Below are positions 18,646 to 26,524 of a stretch of DNA of 39,607 nt, piece by piece. Position numbers and translations under genes: made by a program. The stretch's first letter is position 1, and each line of letters starts with the position of its first letter. A model generated the notes under the pieces. It saw only the letters and a program-made list of their open reading frames with translations, had not been told where the DNA came from and ran no database searches. Source of the DNA: Hadesarchaea archaeon (GTDB lineage Archaea; Hadarchaeota; Hadarchaeia; Hadarchaeales; WYZ-LMO6). The stretch spans positions 1-39,607 of the forward strand of contig JAPDJF010000017.1 of the NCBI GenBank assembly GCA_029259185.1. The letters run 5' to 3'.

Positions 18646-18791
18646 TGCTGCCAGCAGCCCGATAGCTCAGTAGGTAGAGCGCTCGGCTGTTAAACCCGGC
18701 ATGGATGAAGAGCGAGCCTCAAAGGGTTGAAACGACATGGCCGGGTACCGCAACCGAGCGGTCAGAGGTTCGAGTCCTCTCCCCGGCGCCA
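18639..18791 (+). tRNA. tRNA-Asn(GTT) with two introns: 17 nt at 8/9 (18647-18663) and 60 nt at 37/38 (18693-18752)
   Basis: Removing both gives GCCGGGG-TA-GCTC-AGTAGGTA-GAGC-G-CTCGG-CTGTTAA-CCGAG-CGGTC-AGAGG-TTCGAGT-CCTCT-CCCCGGC-G-CCA; BHB at intron 1. Confidence 0.9.
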
Positions 18792-18836
18792 TTTTGACTC
18801 GAGAAACGAGCGATAGCTTTATTTCGAATTCTTTCT

Positions 18837-19841
18837 ATGGTAAGCGAGGTTCGGGGAGTGAAAATCTTATTCATATCAAGAACAGAAATCGAAGAGTTAC
18901 TTTTGATGCATGATGTGATTAGAGCAGTTGAGGAAGCTTTCAGGGCGAAAGGGCTCGGGAAAGTTCAGATGCCTTCGAAATCATACGTGTACCTCGATCG
19001 GTATGGGGGGGATTTCAGAGTGATGCCTGCTTACTTGGAAGAATCCGGCGCAACTGGGGTAAAGATCGTAAATGTTCACCCGAGAAACCCGAAGGAGTTC
19101 AATCTCCCAACGGTCATGGCAACGATCTTATTGTTAGATCAGAGAACAGGGGAGCCTCTAGCCATAATGGATGGGACCCACATCACAAACTTGAGGACGG
19201 GGGCAGGTGGGGCCATCGCGGCGAAATACCTAGCCCGGAGGAACTCCCATACGGCTGGCATGGTCGGGGCAGGGATTCAAGCAAGGGCTCAGTTGATGGC
19301 ACTATCGGAGCTATTCGAAATCGAGAGGGTGAAGGTGTGCTCTCGAACTCCTGAGAGTGCCAGAAGATACGCTGAAGAAATGAGTAAGCGACTGGGTGTG
19401 GATATCCGAGTGGTGAGCGAACCTGAGGAGGCGGTGAAAGATGTGGATATCGTGGTAACCTCCACTCCATCCAGGATTCCCCTAGTTCTAGACGAATGGG
19501 TAGCGGAGGGGACACACATCAACGCGATAGGCGCCGATGCTCCCGGGAAAGAAGAAATAGACCCGTTATTACTGAAACGGGCGAAGATCGTTGTCGATGA
19601 TTGGAGGCAAGCTGCGCACTCGGGGGAAATAAACGTTCCGCTGGCAAAAGGGTTGATCACAAAGGACGACATCTATGGGGAACTAGGGGAAATCGTGGCT
19701 GGAAAAAAATGTGGGCGTGCTTCGGAGGAAGAGATAACGGTTTTCGATTCGACGGGACTAGCGATCCAAGATGTGGCCACCGCTTGGTTCGTTTATCAGA
19801 AAGCGAGGGAGGAAGGAAAAGGGTCGGAGATGGAGCTTTGA
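18837..19841 (+). CDS. ala: Archaeal alanine dehydrogenase (ornithine cyclodeaminase/mu-crystallin family)
   Basis: QMPSKSY, DFRVMPAY, GVKIVNVHPRNP, RTGA, GAGIQA, AIGADAPGKEE, FDSTGLAIQD. Confidence 0.85.
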   Translation: MVSEVRGVKILFISRTEIEELLLMHDVIRAVEEAFRAKGLGKVQMPSKSYVYLDRYGGDFRVMPAYLEESGATGVKIVNVHPRNPKEFNLPTVMATILLLDQRTGEPLAIMDGTHITNLRTGAGGAIAAKYLARRNSHTAGMVGAGIQARAQLMALSELFEIERVKVCSRTPESARRYAEEMSKRLGVDIRVVSEPEEAVKDVDIVVTSTPSRIPLVLDEWVAEGTHINAIGADAPGKEEIDPLLLKRAKIVVDDWRQAAHSGEINVPLAKGLITKDDIYGELGEIVAGKKCGRASEEEITVFDSTGLAIQDVATAWFVYQKAREEGKGSEMEL

Positions 19842-19843
19842 AT

Positions 19844-20830
19844 TCATCTTCTCAGTCCTGCGTCCCTGGGGAGGACGGGTGATATCTCCTTTTTCAGGGT
19901 TTCCAAGAAAGTGTCGAAGAGTTCGACCGGGATCGATGCTCCGGCGGCTCCCTCGTGTCCCCCTCCAGACCCACCTATCCTTTCCACTATCCCGCGCAAG
20001 AGTTCGTTGAGATCGATCCTTACTCCAGCTCTCCTCCTTATGCTGATATCAACCTCTTTCTCACTCCTCCTCGTAGCCATCCCTATGTCCGCCCCCGTAA
20101 TTCCTAAGGAATGGAAGGCAGCTTTGCTAAGGGATCCGGATGGAAGATCCAGAACCATGGCTAGATTTCCCTCTTTCATAACGTGTTTTTTCACGTATTC
20201 CCATGTCTCCCATTCTCTCTTCGTAGCCTTCACCGCTCGCTCGATAATTTCAGGTATCTCGGTGGGCGGGGTGTTTTTGGCTAGAGCTTCAACCACATCT
20301 CGTTTGTAATGATAGTCTCCTGGGACCTCACCTAGGGCTTGGCTCAGGAGGCCAGCTTCCATGTAAATCGTGTGCCTGTTGTATTTGTTAAGGGTTTCCA
20401 ACACAAAAGGGGTTTCCTCACAGTAGTCCCCTATTGCCCCCCATAGGGCCACACGATCCAAATCGGGGTCGAGTGAGGATTGGAACAACCTGAAGGTGAG
20501 TTCAGAAGTGCTGGCACCTATCTCATGTACGAACTGAGTTACTGGTACGTCCCTCTTGAGGGTATCGGGGGGGAGAGGGTGGTGGTCGATGTAGAGGATT
20601 TCGTTGTGGAGGGCAAGCTCCCTCATCCTCTCGAATATCTGGTTCTTCTGAGTCTCATTGATTGCGATATCCAGAATTATCACGGTCGTCCCGACTTCGA
20701 TCTCGTTGAGGTCCCTCAGGAGAGTTACTGGTCTCGTGAACCATATCTCTACGTCTGGGAAACTAGCCTTGGCTAGGGCAGCCGAGCACACACCATCCGT
20801 GTCCCCATGGGCCAATATCTTGGTTACCAA
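19844..20830 (-). CDS. DHH/DHHA1 family phosphoesterase
   Basis: HGDTDG, ILDIA, YIDHH, AIGD, GGGH..AAG. Confidence 0.88.
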   Translation of the reverse strand: MVTKILAHGDTDGVCSAALAKASFPDVEIWFTRPVTLLRDLNEIEVGTTVIILDIAINETQKNQIFERMRELALHNEILYIDHHPLPPDTLKRDVPVTQFVHEIGASTSELTFRLFQSSLDPDLDRVALWGAIGDYCEETPFVLETLNKYNRHTIYMEAGLLSQALGEVPGDYHYKRDVVEALAKNTPPTEIPEIIERAVKATKREWETWEYVKKHVMKEGNLAMVLDLPSGSLSKAAFHSLGITGADIGMATRRSEKEVDISIRRRAGVRIDLNELLRGIVERIGGSGGGHEGAAGASIPVELFDTFLETLKKEISPVLPRDAGLRR

Positions 20831-20914
20831 ATTTGACCCGTTTCATTTTGGAGGCCGAGGATTTAATTTCGCCGGCGTCGAAATGCATTATAATCTGATC
20901 GGTATAAAGGAATT

Positions 20915-20926
20915 GGGCCCGGGCCC
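20915..20926 (+). repeat. Tandem copy of the tRNA-Ile2 5' acceptor strand in the leader (GGGCCC twice)
   Basis: GGGCCC at 20915-20920 immediately before G1 (20921); TTATAAT box at 20888-20894 places the likely TSS near 20915. Confidence 0.75.
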
Positions 20927-21055
20927 GTAAGTGGCCAAGCCACCGGGAAGCTCAGCCAGGTTAGAGCGCCCGACAACGTTAGTTGGGCGAAGCTCATAGG
21001 TGAAAGAGCCTGGGAGACCGGGTGGTCGGGCGTTCGAATCGCCCCGGGCCCACCA
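20921..21055 (+). tRNA. tRNA-Ile2(CAT) with three introns: 9/10 (20930-20949), 30/31 (20973-20991) and 37/38 (20999-21016)
   Basis: Spliced form GGGCCCG-TA-GCTC-AGCCAGGTTA-GAGC-G-CCCGG-CTCATAA-CCGGG-TGGTC-GGGCG-TTCGAAT-CGCCC-CGGGCCC-A-CCA; G1G2G3C4 acceptor favours Ile2 over Met; strict BHBs at introns 1 and 2. Confidence 0.9.
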
Positions 21056-21092
21056 GGATTTTTAGTCACTGGCTGAGATTTATTGGGTTTTC

Positions 21093-22340
21093 GTGTCAGC
21101 TCTGGGTGTGTTCTCAGCCGATTTGCACATCCATTCCAAGTATTCGGGAGGAACGTCATCTAGGATGAACCTTAAAACGGTATCCCAACAGGCAAGGCTC
21201 AAGGGGCTCGACATCGTGGGTACGGGGGATATATTCCATCCCGAGTGGATGGAGAGTGTTGAAGAGGAGTTAGTTAGGGTCGAAGAAGGTACTTTCGAGC
21301 ATCCTGAGTATAAAACTAGGTTCTTGCTTACGGCGGAAGTTGAGGATTCGAAAAGAGTCCATCATCTTATCCTCTTCCCCTCGATTTCGATAGTCAGGGA
21401 GGTGGGTGAACGGTTCATGAAGGATTCTCCGAGCTTGAAGCTCGATGGTCGCCCTCGACTGAGGTTGAGTGCACCCGAGATAGCGGAGATAGTGGTTGAG
21501 CAGGGCTGCCTGATAGGACCGGCCCACGCCTTCACCCCTTGGACGAGCGTATACAAGGAGTTTGATTCTTTAGTGGAGTGTTATATGGACATGCGTGCCA
21601 AGGTGAGCTTCTTAGAGCTCGGGCTGAGTGCGGATACTTCTATGGCAGACAGGATATCGGAGCTGTCCGACCTGACATTTCTCTCCAATAGTGATTCCCA
21701 CAGCCCTTGGCCCGACAAGCTCGGAAGAGAGTTCAACAGATTCGAATTGGCTTCACCTTCTTTTGAGGAGGTGCGTAGGGCCATCGAGCGGAGGGCCGGG
21801 AGACGTGTTGAGCTGAATGTGGGGTTCGACCCCCGGCTGGGTAAATATCACCGCACCGCTTGCGCCCGTTGTTTCAAACAATTCGGGCTGATGGATGCAG
21901 AAAATCTCGGCTGGAAGTGCGATCGTTGTGGGGGGATGATCAAAAAGGGGGTTTTGGATCGCATAAATGAACTCGCTGACCGTTCTGAGCCCGTACATCC
22001 AGCTCACAGGCCACCTTACCTGCGGGTGGCCCCGCTTGCCGAGATCATAGCGCTCGCGGTGGGGGAGGGAACGGACACCCATCATCCTGAGGTGCAAAAG
22101 GTATGGGCCAAGCTGGTTAGGAGATTCGGCAACGAGATAAGGGTGTTAGTGGATGTTCCCCCCGGGGAGATAGAGTCGGTTGGGGGTTCAGGGATTGCAG
22201 TTTTGGTTGAAGCCTTCCGTAACCAAGAGCTAAAGGTGATCGATGGTGGGGGTGGACGCTACGGTCGTCTGGAGGTTCCCTCAGAGCTACTGGTACACCA
22301 CCCGAAGAGGGTTCAGCGAAGGCTCACGGAGTTTGGGTGA
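21093..22340 (+). CDS. endoQ: Endonuclease Q (PHP family, TIGR00375-type)
   Basis: DLHIHSKYS, GTGD, EVED..RVHH, PAHAFTPW, ELGLSAD, SNSDSHS, LGREF, GKYH..AC..C zinc ribbon, GGGG.YG, C-terminal PIP box QRRLTEF. Confidence 0.9.
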   Translation: MSALGVFSADLHIHSKYSGGTSSRMNLKTVSQQARLKGLDIVGTGDIFHPEWMESVEEELVRVEEGTFEHPEYKTRFLLTAEVEDSKRVHHLILFPSISIVREVGERFMKDSPSLKLDGRPRLRLSAPEIAEIVVEQGCLIGPAHAFTPWTSVYKEFDSLVECYMDMRAKVSFLELGLSADTSMADRISELSDLTFLSNSDSHSPWPDKLGREFNRFELASPSFEEVRRAIERRAGRRVELNVGFDPRLGKYHRTACARCFKQFGLMDAENLGWKCDRCGGMIKKGVLDRINELADRSEPVHPAHRPPYLRVAPLAEIIALAVGEGTDTHHPEVQKVWAKLVRRFGNEIRVLVDVPPGEIESVGGSGIAVLVEAFRNQELKVIDGGGGRYGRLEVPSELLVHHPKRVQRRLTEFG

Positions 22341-22346
22341 AAAAGA

Positions 22347-23660
22347 TCATCGAAGCCAAGTGGGGATTCGATCAAGTCTGGTGAGATCCTCAAAAGTCTC
22401 CCTTTCCCGTATTATCTCACTCTTCCCGTTTCGGACGAGAACCATAGCTGGTCTCGGTTTAGCCGTGTGCTGGTTCGACATCGCCAGCCCGTACGCCCCC
22501 ACATCGAAGATAACGGCAAGATCCCCCCTCTCTGCCCTCGGTAACATCCTTTCCTTACCTAAGAAATCGCCTGATTCGCAAAGAGGTCCCGCGATATTCG
22601 TTAACGTGTCATTCGTGTGGTTCATCTTGTTGGCGAGTTCGATATGGTGGTATGCTCCGTAAAGCGCAGGTCTTAAGAGCGCGTTCATGCCGGCATCCAC
22701 CGAGATCCATACGGGCATTCCTGGCCGCTCCTTTACGTATCCCACCCTAGCCAGGAGAACCCCCGCATCTCCCACTATGTACCTCCCAGGCTCAAAGAAG
22801 AGGGCATGTTTTTCCAATTTCTTGTCTTCCTCTATTTGCTCCACTTTGGAGATCATACGTTCGGCGACTTCTTCAATATCGAGTTCCCTTTCACCCGGTC
22901 TGTAAGGAATCCCTACTCCTCCACCGAAATCGATGAACTTGAGAGTTATCCCCAGCTCCTCTTTCAAGGTGCCAACGAACCTCATGAGCTTTTCAGCCTC
23001 TTCCTCGAAAGGAGAGGGATCCAAAATTTGGGAGCCTATATGTGCATGAACCCCAATGACTTCGACGTTCTCCATCCCCTCTGCAGCTCGATACGCCGCT
23101 AAGGCCTGACCGCTTGACATATCGAATCCGAATTTGCTCTCCCTGAGTCCAGTGGCTATGTAGGGGTGAGTTGGGGTCCTCACATCAGGGTTCACTCTAA
23201 AGCCTATCCGTGCACGGGTCTTCAGTTTTTCAGCTAGCGAGTCGATTACTTTGAGTTCTTGGAGGTTGTCCACGTTTATAACTACATCGTTCTTTATCGC
23301 AAGTTCGAGTTCTTCTGTACTCTTGAAGTTTCCGTTGAAGACCATCGAGTTTCCAGGGATTCCCATTTCTAGGGAGAGTCGAAGCTCGTTTTCGGAACTA
23401 ACATCAGCTCCAGCACCCTCCTCTTGTAAAATTTTTACCACAGCTGAGTTCGAGTTGGCTTTGAGGGCGTAGCAGATATGGATTTCCTCCCGTCTTCTGG
23501 TGAAAGCCCTCCGGAACTTTCGATAGTTCTCCCTTATCCGGATCTCATCCATAACGTAGAGGGGAGTCCCGAATTCCTCGGCCAACTCCACTGCATCCGC
23601 TCCCCCAACCACGAGATGCCCCAAAGAGTTTACCTCGAAGTGGGGTTTGAGCATCAGCAC
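22347..23660 (-). CDS. lysA: Diaminopimelate decarboxylase
   Basis: YALKANS PLP Lys, HPYIATG..ESKFG, HIGSQI, EPGRY, RPALY, GPLCESGD, GAYG. Confidence 0.92.
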   Translation of the reverse strand: MLMLKPHFEVNSLGHLVVGGADAVELAEEFGTPLYVMDEIRIRENYRKFRRAFTRRREEIHICYALKANSNSAVVKILQEEGAGADVSSENELRLSLEMGIPGNSMVFNGNFKSTEELELAIKNDVVINVDNLQELKVIDSLAEKLKTRARIGFRVNPDVRTPTHPYIATGLRESKFGFDMSSGQALAAYRAAEGMENVEVIGVHAHIGSQILDPSPFEEEAEKLMRFVGTLKEELGITLKFIDFGGGVGIPYRPGERELDIEEVAERMISKVEQIEEDKKLEKHALFFEPGRYIVGDAGVLLARVGYVKERPGMPVWISVDAGMNALLRPALYGAYHHIELANKMNHTNDTLTNIAGPLCESGDFLGKERMLPRAERGDLAVIFDVGAYGLAMSNQHTAKPRPAMVLVRNGKSEIIRERETFEDLTRLDRIPTWLR

Positions 23661-25021
23661 TTTCGTCCTACCTCTCGGACGGCTTCGGTGAAAATATCTA
23701 GACCCAGCTCAAGGTCTTCCCGACTGATCACGAGTGGGGGGGCTATCCTTATTACAGATTTCCCCCCTCTGAAGAGAATCAGCCCCCGCTTGAGTGCAGC
23801 TTGAAGTACGAGGTCTCTCTCCCTCGTTCCCACCCTCTTCGTCTTGTCGTTTTTAACGAACTCCACCGCGATCATCAATCCTTTCCCCCTGACCTCTCCT
23901 ATGAATTTGAATTTTTCCTCGAGTTCCTTCAAATGCTTCAGTGCTAGTCGCCCCAGTTCGGCGGCTCTCTTCACCAGCTTCTGTTCCTTCAGGAGTTTTA
24001 GCCCCTCGATCGCAGCGACACAGGCCACCACATTTCCCCCGAACGTTGAGGCATGGGCCCCGGGTTCCCAGTTCATTACTCTGGCGTTGGCGATAGTTGC
24101 ACCTATCGGGGCTATCCCCCCAGAAAGGGCTTTCGCCACACACACGATATCCGGGATTACCTTCCAGTGGTCAATGGCAAACATCTTTCCGGTGCGCCCT
24201 AATCCACTCTGTATCTCGTCCACTATGAGGGGCCAGCCATGTTCATCACAGAGTTCCCTCAGCATTGGGAAATATTCAGGTGGAGGGATGATGTATCCAG
24301 CGTTCCCTTGGATGGGCTCTATGATAACCCCCGCCACCTCTTCGGGTGGGATAACCTTCCTCAGGTACTCGCGTATGAATTCAATGCAGAGAAAGTCACA
24401 GCCCGGGTAGCTTTGACGGAATAAGCACCGGTAGCAGTAGGGATAGGGCATGAAGCTTATACCGGGTACCAAGGGGGAGAAGTATCGGTGGTGCACGACG
24501 TTCGAAGATGAAAGGCTCATCGCTCCGAAGGTTCTGCCGTGAAATGCTCCGGTGAAGGAGATCACTCGCGGCCTTCGCTTATGCCATCTCACGCATTTGA
24601 ACGCAGCCTCAACAGCTTCCGCTCCGGAGTTACCAAAATAGACTCGTTTTGAAAAATTGCCCGGAGTGATCTTTGTCAGACACTCAGCCAACTCGACTTG
24701 GGCTTCGTAATAGAAATCGGTTCCCGCAAAGTGGGTTAACTTCTTCAGTTGTTGTTCGACAGCACTAACTATACGTGGATGGGAATACCCGTAGTTCAGA
24801 ACGAACATTCCAGAGCTGAGATCTAGAAAAATATTTCCATCGACATCCTTCACATAGCATCCCCATCCCTCCCCTGCGACTAGGGGTTCGGATCTCGTAT
24901 ACGAGGGAGACATTACTCTTTCATCACGTTTGATGATACTTCTTGCTTTGGGACCGGGAATAGGTCTAACGATCTTTGGTCCTCGAGTAGCCCAGCGGGG
25001 CCTAGAGGTGGTGGGCATCAC
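23654..25021 (-). CDS. Class III aminotransferase (4-aminobutyrate/acetylornithine-type)
   Basis: DVDGN.FLD, NSGAEAVE, FHGRT, EPIQG, DEIQSGLGRTG, AKALSGG, STFGGN. Confidence 0.88.
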   Translation of the reverse strand: MMPTTSRPRWATRGPKIVRPIPGPKARSIIKRDERVMSPSYTRSEPLVAGEGWGCYVKDVDGNIFLDLSSGMFVLNYGYSHPRIVSAVEQQLKKLTHFAGTDFYYEAQVELAECLTKITPGNFSKRVYFGNSGAEAVEAAFKCVRWHKRRPRVISFTGAFHGRTFGAMSLSSSNVVHHRYFSPLVPGISFMPYPYCYRCLFRQSYPGCDFLCIEFIREYLRKVIPPEEVAGVIIEPIQGNAGYIIPPPEYFPMLRELCDEHGWPLIVDEIQSGLGRTGKMFAIDHWKVIPDIVCVAKALSGGIAPIGATIANARVMNWEPGAHASTFGGNVVACVAAIEGLKLLKEQKLVKRAAELGRLALKHLKELEEKFKFIGEVRGKGLMIAVEFVKNDKTKRVGTRERDLVLQAALKRGLILFRGGKSVIRIAPPLVISREDLELGLDIFTEAVREVGRKC

Positions 25022-25101
25022 GTTTTACTGACATCGTTTTTCATTTAAAAATAGTTTGTTAAATTCTTACCATATGCTGTAAAGATGTTAATGGTGCATG
25101 A

Positions 25102-25707
25102 GTGGAGGGTAAAGTTGCGATAATAGACTACGGGGTCGGGAACTTGAAAAGTGTGTACAACGCGTTCAGGTACTTGGGCAGCGAACCCGTTCTGGTAAAT
25201 TCTCCGAAGGAGCTGGAAGGGGACTATATTGTGGTTCCCGGAGTAGGAGCCTTTGGGAAGGGGATGGAAAAGTTGGCGGCTTTTCAGGAGGTGATAAGGG
25301 AAAAGGTTTCTGAGGGAATCCCCCTGCTCGGTGTATGTTTGGGGCTGCACGTTATGTTTGAGGGTTCAGATGAATCTCCAGGCATTAGGGGGTTAGGGAT
25401 CATCAAGGGAAGGGTTCTGAAGATCCCGACTGAGTTAAAGCTCCCCCACATAGGTTGGAATTACCTAAAGGTGAAGAGACAGTGCCCCTTGTTTGACGGG
25501 ATCAGGGGGGGGCATGTCTACTTCGTCCATTCCTATCACGTCTCACCTGAGGAGGACGTGGTGGTGGCAACTACGGACTACGGTGCCGAGGTCGTTGCGG
25601 CGGTCTGGAGGGAGAACGTGTTTGGAACCCAATTTCATCCCGAGAAAAGTGGTTCTTTGGGTTTGAAGGTGCTTCACAATTTCTTGAGGGTGAAAGATGC
25701 TCTGTAA
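25102..25707 (+). CDS. hisH: Imidazole glycerol phosphate synthase glutaminase subunit
   Basis: [39 protein letters not shown]. Confidence 0.95.
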   Translation: MEGKVAIIDYGVGNLKSVYNAFRYLGSEPVLVNSPKELEGDYIVVPGVGAFGKGMEKLAAFQEVIREKVSEGIPLLGVCLGLHVMFEGSDESPGIRGLGIIKGRVLKIPTELKLPHIGWNYLKVKRQCPLFDGIRGGHVYFVHSYHVSPEEDVVVATTDYGAEVVAAVWRENVFGTQFHPEKSGSLGLKVLHNFLRVKDAL

Positions 25708-26521
25708 GCGCATTATCCCCTGCTTGGATTGTGACCTCGCGGTTCCGATGGGGAGAGTCGTTAAAGGAATAGAGTTTAAACAGATAAGGTACGCAGGGGT
25801 TCCTTGGGAGCTCGCTAGGCGATACTACGAGGAGGGCGCGGACGAGATAGTTTTTCTTGATATAACGGCAAGCCACGAACGGAGGGAGACTATGGTGCAC
25901 GTGATAGAACGGACTTCTGAGATGGTTTTCGTTCCGTTAACGGTCGGTGGAGGGATAAGAGGAGTGGAGGATGCAAGGAAGGTCTTCAACGCGGGAGCAG
26001 ATAAAGTTGCTATCAATACTGCAGCCCTGCTGGATCCGGATCTGATCAACGAGCTGGCACGTCACTTCGGGAGTCAAGCCTGCGTTGTCGCCATAGATGC
26101 GAAGAGGAGGATAGTGGGGTCTCCTCAGGAAGGTGAGGGAAAGGTCGTGGTAGACACCCCAGAGGGCCCATGTTGGTTCGAGTGTTCGATCTACGGAGGG
26201 AGGGAGTTCACCGGAGTAGATGCGGTTCAATGGGCTTCAGAAGTGGAGGGGAGGGGAGCTGGAGAGATCCTCCTGACCAGTGTGGACAGAGACGGCACCA
26301 CCGAAGGGTACGATCTCCCCCTAACGAAAGTGATAAGTGAGAGAGTCGATATTCCCGTTATCGCCTCGGGGGGGTGTGGGTTTCCTGAGCACATACACGA
26401 AGTGTTCAAGGAGACCCAAGCGAGTGCGGCACTAGCAGCCAGCATCTTCCACTATGGGAAGTACACGATAGGTGAGGTCAAAGAGTACCTGAGGAAAAGG
26501 GGGGTACCTGTTAGACTCTGA
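25697..26521 (+). CDS. hisF: Imidazole glycerol phosphate synthase cyclase subunit
   Basis: [56 protein letters not shown]. Confidence 0.95.
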   Translation: MLCKRIIPCLDCDLAVPMGRVVKGIEFKQIRYAGVPWELARRYYEEGADEIVFLDITASHERRETMVHVIERTSEMVFVPLTVGGGIRGVEDARKVFNAGADKVAINTAALLDPDLINELARHFGSQACVVAIDAKRRIVGSPQEGEGKVVVDTPEGPCWFECSIYGGREFTGVDAVQWASEVEGRGAGEILLTSVDRDGTTEGYDLPLTKVISERVDIPVIASGGCGFPEHIHEVFKETQASAALAASIFHYGKYTIGEVKEYLRKRGVPVRL

Positions 26522-26524
26522 ACT

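Noticed and set aside
18629-18663. First GCCGGGG as the true tRNA-Asn 5' end with a 27-nt intron at 7/8
   Set aside because: No 4-bp central helix forms in that register, whereas the second copy gives a proper BHB
20921-21055. Calling the CAT tRNA initiator or elongator Met
   Set aside because: It has no A1-U72 or triple G-C anticodon stem of the initiator, and the G1G2G3C4 acceptor is Ile-type rather than the GCC start of archaeal elongator Met
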